A stretch of DNA of 62,988 nt, counting the filler, from Octopus bimaculoides (lineage: Eukaryota): NCBI RefSeq assembly GCF_001194135.2. It is 6 parts of 6 records of this genome, joined end to end, with 100 filler letters (N's around TTAATTAATTAA, not from the genome) between each part and the next. Parts side by side here need not be neighbours in the genome. Positions count along the whole stretch, not along the records: positions 1 to 15,432 come from NC_068987.1; 5 more parts are not named here. One strand, given 5' to 3'. Shown here piece by piece: positions 1 to 12,846 of this stretch. Below the pieces are notes generated by a model. The model did no database searches. It was given only the letters and a program-made list of their open reading frames with translations, and was not told where the DNA came from. The position numbers were made by a program, and so were the translations under genes. The number at the start of each line of letters is the position of its first letter. Within the stretch, counting starts at the first letter, position 1.

Positions 1-329
1 GTATCGAAATATGATAGTTTCAGTTTTGATCTTTTTGTATTTGCTGTTGGATTGATCGTAAAGGGTCATAAGAGAAAGTAGGAGTTGAAAGGATTTGTAT
101 TAGAAAGAGGAAATTAGATTTTATTAGGGAGAAAATGTTTACTGCTGTAGTTTTATGGATTTTATTCATTATTAGGAAATTTTTGGAGTGAAAAAATGAC
201 GCAGTGACCTAACAGATTGTATTTAGAATATTAATTGCGATTGTTTAATCGAAGAAATTTGGAATTGTGTAAATGTATGAATTTTAAACATACACACACA
301 CAGAGAAAATTTGCCTTTTATAGTATAGA
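1..329 (-). mobile_element. Helitron 5' end (element continues beyond the window start)
   Basis: Minus strand reads a|TCTATACTATAAAAGGCAAATTTTCTCTGTGTGTG, a typical Helitron 5' TC terminus after an A. The 3' end is not visible. Confidence 0.55.
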
Positions 330-336
330 TACTTAC

Positions 337-387
337 CTTTGAACTTCAGACCACCATTCTAGTGACATTCCATACTGTAGCAATAAC
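337..387 (-). CDS. RNF181: Probable RNF181 exon 2 (R-LLLQYGMSLEWWSEVQ)
   Basis: 51-bp exon with a strong acceptor (ctttcttcttctccacacacag) and donor (GTAAGT). The only open frame is phase 2-2, matching exon 1 and giving ...SLARLLLQYG.... Downstream exons, including the RING domain, lie outside the window. Confidence 0.65.
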
Positions 388-572
388 CTGTGTGTGGAGA
401 AGAAGAAAGAAAGTAGATGAATTTCACTATGAGACATGTCAACCTATGTACCCTCTATCATCATCATCATTGTTATGGGCAGATGAGAGGAATGAGGAAT
501 AATCAAACAGTTTCCAAATTAGGATATATTTCATGAATTTTGAATTCTGCAATCCTAATTTAGATTAAAAGA

Positions 573-877
573 CATTCGAATCGAGATCGTTGCCCGTGCC
601 ACTGGACTGGCTCCTGTGCAGGTGGCACGTAAAATACACCATTTTGAGCGTGGCCGTTGCCAGTACCGCCTGACTGGCCTTCGTGCCGGTGGCACGTAAA
701 AGCACCCACTACACTCTCGGAGTGGTTGGTGTTAGGAAGGGCATCCAGCTGTAGAAACTGCCAAATCAGATTGGAGCCTGGTGTAACCACCTGGTTCACC
801 AGTCCCCAGTCAAATCGTCCAACCCATGCTAGCATGGAAAGCGGACGTTAAACAATGATGATGATGATGATGATGAT
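573..877 (+). mobile_element. RTE 3'-UTR-derived repeat copy
   Basis: Matches the UTR at 46350-46748; (GAT)n tail. Confidence 0.85.
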
Positions 878-1262
878 TAAATGACTAAATGAGTTGTTGG
901 ACTACTAGCTCATGAATCACAAATTCAAATCCATTCTAACTACAGGGTGCAGCAGAAAACCTTCCACATTTTACAAGGCCATTGGTGTGGTGCTAGGAAA
1001 GTTAGGCAGGTTATAAAAGTATCTTCATGCAGCTCATGTTCTACTGACGTTTTTTTTGCTTTAGTTACCATCATGGGTTGAATTGGTGCACACTGTGTGT
1101 TTGCTGTTGAACATTTATCAAGACTGGTGAAAGGAAGTTTCTTTTTTGCTACACTCTGTATTTCAATGTATCTCTGTGTGGTACACTTTATCATGCCTGC
1201 CAGAACGTCTAAGAGTGTCATAGAGAAATAAACCAATATCTTTCAACCATTTAACACTTATC

Positions 1263-1640
1263 TTTTACTTGTTTCAGTCATTAGACTGCACCCATGCTGG
1301 GGCACCACCTTGGAGAATTTTTAGTCGAATGAATCAACTCCTGTATTCGTTTTTTGTTAAGCTTGGTACTTATTCTATCGGTCTCTTTTGCTGAACCACT
1401 AAGTTGCGGGGATATAAACACACCAGCACCAGTTGTCAAGTAGTGGTGAAGGGGACAAACACAGACACACACATGATGGGCTTCTTTCAGTTTCTGTCTA
1501 CCAAATCCATTCACAAGGCTTTGGTTGGCCTAAGACAATAGTTAGAAGACACTTGTCCAAGGTGCCATGCAGTGGGATTGAACTTGGAATCATGTGGTTG
1601 GGAAGCAAGCTTCCTACCACACAGCTACACCTGTGCCTAT
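1263..1640 (-). mobile_element. tRNA-derived SINE family A
   Basis: Same family as 46850-47221, 53600-54108 and 54838-54997; A/B-box-like head. Confidence 0.8.
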
Positions 1641-2718
1641 AGAAATGAGTTTAGAACATGTTCTGCTGAGTTGTGGTGCCATGAAAAAAAATGCACCTAG
1701 TGTACATTGTAAAGTAGTTAGCATTAGGAACCATATCAAAAGCAGACATTGCCCTCTATAGGGGCTGGACACAACTAGAACATTAACCAGTTGCTGGAGT
1801 TCAATCACACTGTCATATCAAATATTTCACATCTGTATAATTTGAAATAATAAATATTAAAAATATTTCTAAATTTTCAGATGACCCAAGAAGAGCTAAC
1901 TGGGGTTATGTTATTGTCACTATCACCACCATCATCAGTATCATAAACAACTACTGTTAATGGTGGCAACCAAATGCATATGGGAAACATTTTCATGTGA
2001 AGAGCTTGTGCATTCTACTTTTGTTGATATCTAAAATTGATCTGGTTTCTGCAACATGGCATGGGTGACTTGGGAATCAGATAAAACTTATTTCATAGTT
2101 TTATCTCTATTTTCAACAGATATATAACATTTGTAAACTACTGTGTATGGGTTCAGTCAACCACTGAATGTTAGTGGGTGACTCACAAGCCTAAAATGTG
2201 TAACTGTAATGGCAGTCCTTAATAGCTTCATAAATGTTATGATGGAGTGTTTCTTTGTGAAATAAATCTCATATTATCCATGTTATCATGGAAATTTCTA
2301 AAGACCCTTTATTTAAAATAGTTTGTTATGCAAAGTGCTTTGCTTTGAAAACACTTAAAACAACAATTTTGACAACAAATTGTAAGGTTGTTAAACCACC
2401 TGAAATTCCCATCAATCTTATTCTTAATCAGTGGAGGAATTAATGACTTAAAAATTGATGAAATAACAGATGATAACTCTTAAGCTGATATTTCTCCCAA
2501 TATACTGGGTGAGATTTCTTTGTTTAGAACAGGGTTTCTCAAGGGGAGCTATATGGCAACCTAGGGGACCACAAAGCTAAGTTTGAACAATAGGGAGCCA
2601 CAGGGGACTATGGGGAGGGGGGGGGGCACAGAAAATTTGGGAATCATAAAATATCAACATGTAGGTACGTATTTTTATTTGTTAAATGCACATTACACAT
2701 ATACATATAAGAAAAAGA

Positions 2719-3076
2719 TATGTGTGGCACATAAGATGTACCATCTTGAGTGTGACCGTTGCCAGTACCGCCTGACTGGCCTTTGTAGGGTTTTCGAGCG
2801 AGATCATTGCCAGTGCCCCTGGACTGGCTCTTGTGCGGGTGGCACATAAAAGACACCATTTCGAGCGTGGCCGTTTTCGTGCGGGTGACACGTAAAAGCA
2901 CCCACTACACTCTCTGAGTGGTTGGCGTTAGGAAGGGCATCCAGCTGTAGAAACTCTGCCAAATTAGATTGGAGCCTGGTGTTGCCATCCGGTTTCACCA
3001 GTCCTCAATCAAATCGTCCAACCCATGCTAGCATGGAAAGCGGATGTTAAACGATGATGATGATGATGATGATGAT
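2719..3076 (+). mobile_element. RTE 3'-UTR-derived copy nested in the hAT element
   Basis: Near-identical to 46385-46748. Confidence 0.88.
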
Positions 3077-4413
3077 GGACCATCCTTATGTACTAATTTT
3101 CTATTACATTCATATATGTACCTAAAGAACACATGTCAGATTAGATCTTGAGTGTTGTATGTCTGGTTCGTAAGATGAACAGCTACATATCATTGCATCA
3201 TACCAAATTGCTCCAAAACATACATATATAATGGACAGCACAGAAGGCAAAGTCACAGTTATTAATCAAAACTCCACTTCAACATTATCGACATGGAAAG
3301 TCCATCTAGTCAACAATGTCCATGCTAACTGGTTAACATCAGCACAAGTCTCTTAAAGATTCGATTTTCTTTTTTGCTTTGTCAAATTATACTACTTCTT
3401 TCTCTCTCTCTGCTTATTTCATCCTACTTCTGCTCTTGATTCCGTACTTTCTTGTTTAGTTATATTTTCCTGCATCGTTAGTGTGCAAGTATCTACTTCT
3501 TTTTACTTCATTTTACCTAAGTTTTTATAAGTTACTTTAATTGTCATAAATATTCTATCTAGGTCCATAGCGCCAGAGGTGAGGGCAGAAAGGTCGATCC
3601 ACCAAGTTAAATCATTGATCAATCATTCAAACTGAACCCAAGCTGTCAGGAAAACTGTTTCTTTACATACAAGTATAGGATTTATTTTCAAAAAACCTAT
3701 AATTAATAAGGGCTTTGAGAAGTATTCAAACTAAGATGGGGAATCAAGAGGGAGGTGAGAGGCCAAGGGTGCCCCGAAAACAAACACTTCATTAGAAAAC
3801 TAGATAAAATCATTCTTATGTGCACTTTTATACAACTATTAAATTATTAATCAATTTAATAATTCAATAATTGGTCAATAAATAGTATTATATACTTAAT
3901 TTAATTAGAGTAAAATTTAATATTGAACTATGTTTAATAGAGTATAACAAAGTATAAAATTATTTTTCCTTAAAAAAAAACAAAACATTTTCAATATACT
4001 TTGCTAACTCTTTTTGGCAATTTGAGTTAATTCAACAATAACTCAGTCCTATTTTCTCCATGAGTTTACCAGCTTACCTGCTTTAGCTATCACTTTTATA
4101 ATTTAGTTTCTTTTCAACAAATTAATTTTCTTTCTGGATTGTCAACTGAAAAGGGAATGATGAATTTTTGTCTTGCTATTGTTATCTTTTTATAAGCATA
4201 AATATTAATCTGTTTTTCCTGATTATTATAGCCTTTGATTTAGTTAACTGTGTAATGTATTAACTTTATAAACTTGGTTTTAGATCTAATTTTATTCTTG
4301 GCTAAAAAGGTATATTGGATTACCTTACTCTGTATTCACCCCCCTGATGAAAACACTTGAAACTAATCTCTTGTTTATTCAACTTTTTTGAAAATATTTA
4401 TTTATTATTTCAG

Positions 4414-6125
4414 ATAAACAAGGCAAGTGCATCTAAAAAAATGTGTATACAATATTCTGTCGAATATCTTGCTTATGGATTCATCAAATCTCCACAAAAT
4501 TCTACCATGCCTATGTGTCTGCTATGCAAGACTTCGTTCTCCAATGAAAGTATGCGTACCTGCAAACTAAAAAAATATCTGGAGACTGCACACAGAGATA
4601 AGAAAGACAAGCCACAAGACTTCTTCAAAAGGTTATGTGATGAGTTTCAAGGAAGGATGACAGGCGATCAAATGTTCACAAAGGAATGTTGGCTTCTTAC
4701 AAGATAGCAAATTTAATTGCAAAAGCTGGTAAGCCTCACACCATTGGTGAATCTTTGATCATGTCTGTAGTGCTTTCAACAGTTATGGATCAGAGTCCAC
4801 AAGAGGTTACTTGTGTTATTCCTCTGAGCAACTCATCAGTATCATGACGGATTGATGAAATGGCAGCTGATGTTGAAAGCCAATTAGTTTAAAAACTTAG
4901 GGTAAATGAGTTCTTAATTCAAATAGATTAATCAACTCTACCAAAAAATTCTACTTTTTTAATAGCATTTGTTAGGTTTCTTAATGGTAATGATATATGT
5001 CAAGAATTGCTTTTTGCTTTGAAATTAATGACCAACACAAAAGTGGAATCCATCTTCAAAAAACTTGAGGCCTATTTTGAAGAGAACTGCATTCCATTGA
5101 AGAACATTGTGGCTTGTGCAACAGATGACGCTGTTGCTATGATCGGAAGATATCGGGGATTCAGTGCTTACTTAAAAAAAGCTGTTCCTAATGTGCTTTG
5201 TGTGCACTATGTTTATCAACAGCATCTGTTTGCCAAAGACATAGCAAGACGTTTGAATGATGCACTTATAAAAGTTATCAAAGCTGTCAACTTAATAAAA
5301 AAGAATGCACTGCAAGATCACCTCTTTAAGCAATTACGTGAAAATAACGACAAGAAATTTGAATGATTTGTGTTACATACTGAAGTCAGATGGCTATCCA
5401 AAGGTAATTACCTGCATCGCTTTGTTACACTTATGGATACTGTTATCTCTTTTTTGAGTGAAACAGAACTTGGAGAGAAACTTGTTGATGCAAAGAGTGA
5501 TATTTTTTACTTGTCTGACATACTTGAAAAGCTAAATGTCCTTAACAAAGAACTTCAAGGAAATAACTCCACTCTGTTTTCTTGCAAAGAGAAAATTAAA
5601 ACTTTCAACAGGAAACAAAAGTTATTCTGGTTGAATCTTGGAAGGCAAAAATTTGCACAGCTTCCTTCCTTAGCAAGCATATCCACTGAGCTGCTCGATG
5701 ATGACTTAACAGTTTATGTTGATCATTTGAAGCAGTTACATAATGATATGGAAATTTGCTTCTCTGATCTACTCCAAATGATGGTGCGATAGTGGTTTGT
5801 GGATCGCTTCATTGTTGATCCATCTGAAGTCGATATTGACATACAAGAAAGCTTCATTAAACTTCAAAATAACACAAGCAGCTCTAACAAGGTTCAAGTA
5901 TGGAGGATACCAGAAGCTGTGGATGAATGAAGAGATCTCTAAAAAGTACCCATTACCCTGGAAGAACGTTAGGTTGCTTTTACTCGTTTTTCCCACATCT
6001 TATTTAGTTGAGTCAGGTTTAGTTGTGACATAAAAAGAAGAGGAGATTTACGCCTCTCATTGATGGCTTTGAGACCAAACATTGACAAGTTGGTAACCCT
6101 GCATCAGTCACAGGGATCCCACTGA
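4414..6125 (+). pseudogene. Buster-type transposase pseudogene (ZBED5/SCAND3-like family)
   Basis: Fragmented ORFs: BED-like CLLC...LETAH, CATDDAVAMIG, HTEVRWLSKG, FPTSYLVESG, and C-terminal GDLRLSL...HQSQGSH*. Several stops and frameshifts. Confidence 0.9.
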
Positions 6126-7139
6126 AATCAGGCAATATAAACTGAAATTTGTAAATGTAAATAAATTTATTTAAATGAAATATTTTCAACTAGCATGGGG
6201 GCCATAACGATTTCGTGTTGAATTAAAGAGGGCCACGGTCAGAATGAGGTTGAGAAACACTGGTTTAGAAGAAAAAGACACACTAAGCAAAGAAATAAGG
6301 GAGATAATTCTTTTGCTGATTGTTTTTAGACTAGAATATTTACAAATTTGCTGGCATTGTACCAAAATTAGAAACCATTATATTACATGTGTTAGAGCCT
6401 AATGTATTTGTATTTAGTAACTTAGTATGCAAAAAGCTTACCTGTGCTATTTTCCCTCAGCCATATAGTCGTTGGTATTCATAATTAGTGCTACTACATT
6501 CCCAATTTGTTTTGTGTGTGTGTGTGCATGCATGCGTGTTTGTGCGTGCGTGCATGCACACATACATACATTGATTACTCTTAGTTTTGCTGAAATTTAA
6601 TAAAATTGAAACATGTGTGCTGCTTTCACTTGTTACTATACAAACCAGATCTACACCAATCTATACTCTGTATTATCTAGACATTTCCATGAACTCATCT
6701 TGTAAGGTTTTAGATGCCTCTAAAGGAAAAATTATGTTTGCTAAGCACATGAAGTATCTTGGTCAAAATTTTTTTCAACTGACAATATTAGATATATAGG
6801 ATCCTACTATAATTAAGCACTTTTTATTAAGCTCATGCTAATTCTGTGATCTTTATCCTCAACCCAGAATATCCTATGTTGCTTGTAATGTAACCAATCG
6901 ATTGCAGTAAATCAAGATACTGGACTAAAGTTTGTTGTTCAAAATTAGCAGAGTTAGGTCAGAGCCTAGATGACTAAATAGCTTCTCAAATCAAGTTCAA
7001 AATTAGTTTATGCAACTGTCACAATAAATGACAAATATAGTTTGTGCTTCAGCTAATCCTGGATCAACAGATAGATAATAATGACATTTATAATCAAATA
7101 CTAAATTAACAACCAGTAGACATCTCAATAGTTTACAAA

Positions 7140-7873
7140 TAATTTATGATAGAAACATTGATATGACAGTGGATACTGAGGTCTCATGCTCAATTATCCC
7201 ATTTTTATTTGCTTCTCAATAGAATAACCCAATTAAGTTGTCACAACCACTTAACTTTTAATGGTTATAATCTAAAAATGGTTGGGTCAATTCCAATAAA
7301 AGTTCAACTGAAGGATACAGAAATATCTTGTGACTTTATAGTGATGGACAATATTGACTTTTCTGAGAATGAATATTTTGAAAAAAGAGAATTTCTCCAT
7401 CTCATTATTAATCATTTTTAGACATGGAGGTTTTTCATTCAAGCATTTCATATCATAATAAAGGCAAATCAACAGGTCAGAGTACCTTTTTTTTCTCAAA
7501 TCAAAATATCTAGGACTAATCCTTTTGATACCAGTCTGTCTGAAAATGTCTCTGGTTCTGTGATGGAAACTTCCTATTTTAAAGTAATCTAAATATTCCA
7601 TCAAAAGTTCACACTATGTTCAAAAAACTTTAGCTTAATAATGACAAAGTAATTAAATGATAAATTCTTCATCATTTTCAAAAGCAATTAAGATGTGTAC
7701 TTTATTAGAATTATGGTAATGACAGGGTTAAAATGAAATTATAATTTGATGGACTCTCCAACGATCAGAACTTCACTGAGAGGTAATTTACTATCAAGAT
7801 ACCAAAAATGTTCCAACAGATACACTCTCAGACAGCTGCAATAACAAATGATGTTGGCAAATTATCTCTATAC
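7140..7873 (+). mobile_element. Degenerate Ty3/gypsy pol relic, left part (protease-like and RNase H end)
   Basis: IDMTVDTEVSCSII (decayed DTG active site at 7172-7180), LTFNGYNLKMVGSIPIKVQL, and YYQDTKNVPTDTLS resembling the NxxADxLSR end of RNase H. RT appears mostly deleted. Confidence 0.55.
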
Positions 7874-7874
7874 T

Positions 7875-9647
7875 AGCAGTATAACCCGACCATGTCCGGG
7901 TGTGACTTATTACGCCATCTACGATAAGTCTTGCTAGGTGAAAATCAACTAAAAAAGAAAGCCTTACAACGAAAAGACCCTTATGATGTAAATATGTTCA
8001 TAATTCAAAAGACGATGAAATTAATAGGGAAAGTCATAAGGCTGTTTTGCATAACATTATTAAGCGTACGTAAATTTCATCCGTCTAATTGGCTATACAA
8101 ATGCTTGTGCAAAACAACTTTTTGCGCTGCCCTGATTTTACATAGCAGGGTAATCCCTTTTAGCAGGAGGTAGGACGGCAATTTCTGATGAAGCAATTGC
8201 TGGCGATCTNNNNNNNNNNNNNNNNNNNNNNNNNNNNNNNNNNNNNNNNNNNNNNNNNNNNNNNNNNNNNNNNNNNNNNNNNNNNNNNNNNNNNNNNNNN
8301 NNNNNNNNNNNNNNNNNNNNNNNNNNNNNNNNNNNNNNNNNNNNNNNNNNNNNNNNNNNNNNNNNNNNNNNNNNNNNNNNNNNNNNNNNNNNNNNNNNNN
8401 NNNNNNNNNNNNNNNNNNNNNNNNNNNNNNNNNNNNNNNNNNNNNNNNNNNNNNNNNNNNNNNNNNNNNNNNNNNNNNNNNNNNNNNNNNNNNNNNNNNN
8501 NNNNNNNNNNNNNNNNNNNNNNNNNNNNNNNNNNNNNNNNNNNNNNNNNNNNNNNNNNNNNNNNNNNNNNNNNNNNNNNNNNNNNNNNNNNNNNNNNNNN
8601 NNNNNNNNNNNNNNNNNNNNNNNNNNNNNNNNNNNNNNNNNNNNNNNNNNNNNNNNNNNNNNNNNNNNNNNNNNNNNNNNNNNNNNNNNNNNNNNNNNNN
8701 NNNNNNNNNNNNNNNNNNNNNNNNNNNNNNNNNNNNNNNNNNNNNNNNNNNNNNNNNNNNNNNNNNNNNNNNNNNNNNNNNNNNNNNNNNNNNNNNNNNN
8801 NNNNNNNNNNNNNNNNNNNNNNNNNNNNNNNNNNNNNNNNNNNNNNNNNNNNNNNNNNNNNNNNNNNNNNNNNNNNNNNNNNNNNNNNNNNNNNNNNNNN
8901 NNNNNNNNNNNNNNNNNNNNNNNNNNNNNNNNNNNNNNNNNNNNNNNNNNNNNNNNNNNNNNNNNNNNNNNNNNNNNNNNNNNNNNNNNNNNNNNNNNNN
9001 NNNNNNNNNNNNNNNNNNNNNNNNNNNNNNNNNNNNNNNNNNNNNNNNNNNNNNNNNNNNNNNNNNNNNNNNNNNNNNNNNNNNNNNNNNNNNNNNNNNN
9101 NNNNNNNNNNNNNNNNNNNNNNNNNNNNNNNNNNNNNNNNNNNNNNNNNNNNNGCAATGCGTGCACGTGTTTATATAAGAAACACAGAAACTAAATATTA
9201 TATCTATAATGTTGAATTGTGTATGTTGTTGTCACAGATCACGTATGTGTGGTTGTGTGTGTTTTTACGTATCTATGTTATGAAAAATAGGTAAAGAATA
9301 CTGAGAGGAAAGTTTAATTTATGATTTTGTATGTATCACTTTCTCTCTCTCTCTCCCTCTTTTACTCTTACTCTCTATATTATATGTTGAGCATGTGATG
9401 GATGTGTAAGAACGCTGTTCCAGGTAGAAGGGAAGAAATATAAAAGTTGCTAGAAACAACAGCCAAATCTCCCTTAAATCACACAAAGTAAATGGAATTT
9501 TAAAAATCTAATTACTGCACTGGAAAGTTCACATCGAGAAAATTCCATTGATGTAAAAATTTTTATGAAAAAGTGGAAAATGTGGTTTTCTATACACTTT
9601 TAAAAAGGCTTCACACAGACACACAACTTCAGCTTTATATATTAAGA
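7875..9647 (-). mobile_element. Non-autonomous Helitron, copy 1 (interior partly in N gap 8210-9153)
   Basis: 5' a|TCTTAATATATAAAGCTGAAG at 9647; 3' hairpin ACCCGGACATGGTCGGGT (7903-7886) followed by CTAG|t at 7878-7875; A|T target, no TSD. Confidence 0.85.
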
Positions 9648-10230
9648 TGACTCATTAAGCCATTTTGGTATAATCAGAATCTGGGAATATGTACAATGGC
9701 ACCACTTACCATTTTCACCGATAGGTGTGCACAGTTGTTTCAATTTGCATAACTCATAGAGAATGCAAGCCCTCAAATTTTCAAACCTGAAACAGAGGGA
9801 CACATTATAAAGGCATCCAGCGTTTTTGAATGTCTTCACGTGGACATTGTTGAAACAAAGGGTGCTGCAAAATTTATTAGAAACTGTGATCTACAAACAA
9901 TCATTGATTAACATAGAACTTTTTCCTTGTATTTTCAGTCAATTTGTGTAATCATCTGTCATTTGTTGTTTATGACAATTGTTTTCCATCTTTGATACTT
10001 TTTAATATGACAAAGAACCTAATTTTCATCAACAGAAATTTGATTACTTTTTGTTTCTGATCTTCTATAACAACACATATTGTTCTTCAGTTAATGGACA
10101 AACAGAGATGTGCAATGGAGTGATATGGAAGTCCAAATACAACTTACTACTTTCTTGAAATGAAAATTACGCTATTCTTCCTGAGGTACTTCCAGCAGCT
10201 AATCCTACCATTTATGTAGTGCTACTTTTC
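9648..10230 (+). mobile_element. Degenerate Ty3/gypsy integrase, right part
   Basis: DSLSHFGIIRIWEYV (HHCC start), FKPETEGHIIKASSVFECLHVD (first catalytic D), NGQTEMCNGVIWK (decayed NGxxERxN). Many stops. Confidence 0.7.
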
Positions 10231-10447
10231 TTGGGTGTGACTGTGTGGTTCAGAAGTTGCTTACCAACCAAATCGTTTTGGGTTCATCCATATTGCATGA
10301 CACCTTGGGCAAGTGTCTTCTACTATAGTCCCATGTTGACCAAGGCCTTGTAAGTTCATTTAGTAGACAGAAAGCCCTTCATATATATATCTGTGTGTTT
10401 GTGTGCCTATATATACGTGTGTGTGTTTATGCGTGTGCATGTGATCA

Positions 10448-10485
<38 letters not shown>

Positions 10486-11230
10486 TTTTAAAACAGGCTT
10501 TAAAAAGATACCAAGGTTGGATTTCAAAGAACCACTGACTATAAATGTAAGATCGTCCATTACAATCAAAAAGGTACAAAAACAATTAACAGAAACATTT
10601 ATCTGAACTTCTTTCTTTCCTTTTAGTTTTTGAGGTTTTCCTGTGGTTTATTCTTTTGCAGAAGAGTTATTGGTTAGATGGCAGTATAAGAGTTTACAAA
10701 AAAATGAAAGTAAATTGACCGGAAATGATGACCGTGACACCCCATTATTTCATAAACAGAACTGATGAAATCCCTTAATTTTATTAATAAACTCCCTCAT
10801 TATATCGCATTCACTGGCATCTACTTGTATAGTACTTTTTAGTGAAATCTTAATTCAAAAATAGCTGTTGAGGTGTACCATTCCAACATACCCAGAAGCG
10901 AACACCACTCAAAAAGCAATTCGGTAGCCCGCACGTTGACGCATGATGACCAAGACAGTTACATGTGAACAATGGCAATTATCCTGTACATAAACACCCG
11001 ACGGGATGCGGTGACGCATTTTCTTGTCGATTCACATTCTATACATTGATTATGTTACATAGTTGGTTTATAAGAAATTACTGGAAATCACTGTCGTTAC
11101 TTCCGATTAATCAACTTTCATTTTTCAAGACCATTAACTGCATGTTAACAAGCTTACTACATACTTCATTCTGTGGTTCACCAACTTTGCATGGACGTTC
11201 AAACTGATTAATTAAATAAACAAGACTTGC

Positions 11231-11310
11231 CTGGCTAATGAGAGTGTGTGATTTGGTGCTTGTCCCTCTCCTAAAGGTTCGCAGTCGTGTTCATCGAAAT
11301 ACGAAGCCAT
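11231..11310 (-). CDS. RNF181: E3 ubiquitin ligase RNF181-like, coding exon 1 (MASYFDEHDCEPLGEGQAPNHTLSLA-R)
   Basis: Manual translation from the ATG at 11310 (context aaatATGg). MASYFDEHDCEP matches the N-terminus of RNF181 as I recall it. The exon ends AG|GCAAGT (GC donor, phase 2). A CpG-containing stretch lies just upstream (11320-11400). Confidence 0.88.
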
Positions 11311-12589
11311 ATTTACTTTGGTCGTCTACTTTTTGGGGCTGCCAAAGAAAAAAAAGAGCCCGTAAAAGACGTGTACAGCGGGAACGATGATAATAAAAGT
11401 TCTATTTTTATTATTTTAAAAATCAAAGATAGTATGGAGATTTTCTTTATTTTCTACTTTTTTTGATAATGAATAATATAAATTAGGATAATGTCATACG
11501 TATGTAATATTGCACAACTACCATAAGCAAATTAACTGGTTTAAAAAATTATGAAAGTATTCTTTCTGAGTAAAGTAAAAACTTTATTTTAATTTAAAAA
11601 ACACCATCCGTATCTCCAAAAACAAAAACATATCTGTGTAAATTTTCGTTAACAAATATACATCATTAAAAAAATTATCAAGAAACAAATCGTAATGGTA
11701 CCCTAAAGTGTAGTTATGCTATATTTAAGACTTACATATCAATGAGTCATGTCCTAATTACGGCCAAACTTGATGTCTACGTGGACAAGGACAGTCTCAA
11801 TGCAACTTCCAGCCCTTCAATTATTATTCCAACTACAAAATCTCAAAGACAGTTATAATATTTTCCTCACAGATCTTTTACTTTCAACTAATTGAAATGT
11901 CAGGATGGCGTAAAGACAACTTCAAACGAATAACTATATATTTTTAATGTATTTCTTCGTCCGAGATCTTTTCCGTCTTTCACAATTTTACTTCGGTGAG
12001 ATGAATAAAAAAACATTTAATATTTCTTATTATTCTATCAGAAGGTCACAAGTTTATTGAACTTAGTCAATTACAGTGACCAGCAACAATTAATTGTTTC
12101 TGCTACCGGAAGAAGTCAAAGGGAAGTGACATGACGATTCAATGATAAACACCCATCAATATGTGCGCGTGCGCATATGTCCATGTATGTCTTGTATATG
12201 TGCGTATATATATGTTTGTGCGTAATGTTTGAACGTTAAATTAAAGAATCATTCAATACTTTTTAGTAGGGTACCTAATCAGATTGATGATGGCTAGTAA
12301 GCCGAAAATTAAGTCACTGTTGATTTTTCCTTCGTTTTCACCCCCATTACACACAAAGGTCAGGGGAGCTAACTCTCATGGAAAAGCGGAAGGGTGTGTC
12401 TAACGAAAATGACCTGAGAATTCTCTCACCTCTTATCTATTTTAGGAATAATCTTTACAGGGAAGAGCTTCGCATCAGTGTTGTAGATACAGGAATCTGC
12501 AGAGTGACCTGAGAGCCAAGAGTTTCGTGCTTTAGCACTTATCAAATATATATTAATCGAAGTGTACAGTATTATGTATCCATTACGGT

Positions 12590-12846
12590 CAGGGGCGTAG
12601 CTAAGGTGGGTCTAGCAGGGCGCATGCCCTGGACGCCACTTTGAGGGGTCACAATTTTGGCCAAGATCATTTTCTAATTAAGTCATTTCTATGTGAGTTC
12701 CCACTTTTTGGTTGGTGGAGGGGTGCAATTTTCGCCAAGATCATTTTCTAATTAAGTCCTTTCTATAAGAGTTTCCAGTTTTTGGTGGGAGGAGGGCGCA
12801 ATTTTGATGCTTGCCCTGGGCACCATTTACCCTAGCTACGCTCCTG
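12590..12846. mobile_element. hAT-type MITE
   Basis: TIRs CAGGGGCGTAGCTA / CAGGAGCGTAGCTA (13/14); imperfect 8-bp TSD ATTACGGT / ATTATGGC; internal tandem duplication of about 70 bp. Confidence 0.8.

Larger units (their letters stand above)
2530..6262 (+). mobile_element. hAT (Buster/Charlie-type) DNA transposon, full-length but inactivated
   Basis: TIRs CAGGGTTTCTCAA / CAGTGTTTCTCAA (12/13). Perfect 8-bp TSD GTTTAGAA at 2522-2529 and 6263-6270, with the central TA expected of the Buster subfamily. Confidence 0.95.

Noticed and set aside
7287-7604. 105-aa minus-strand ORF as a gene
   Set aside because: It overlaps, antisense, the gypsy protease relic and has no recognisable domain.
8185-8205. 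Other CTGATGA motifs as hammerheads (also 4350, 10750, 13500, and about 27925 on the minus strand)
   Set aside because: No paired stem II followed by GAAA and an NUH site.
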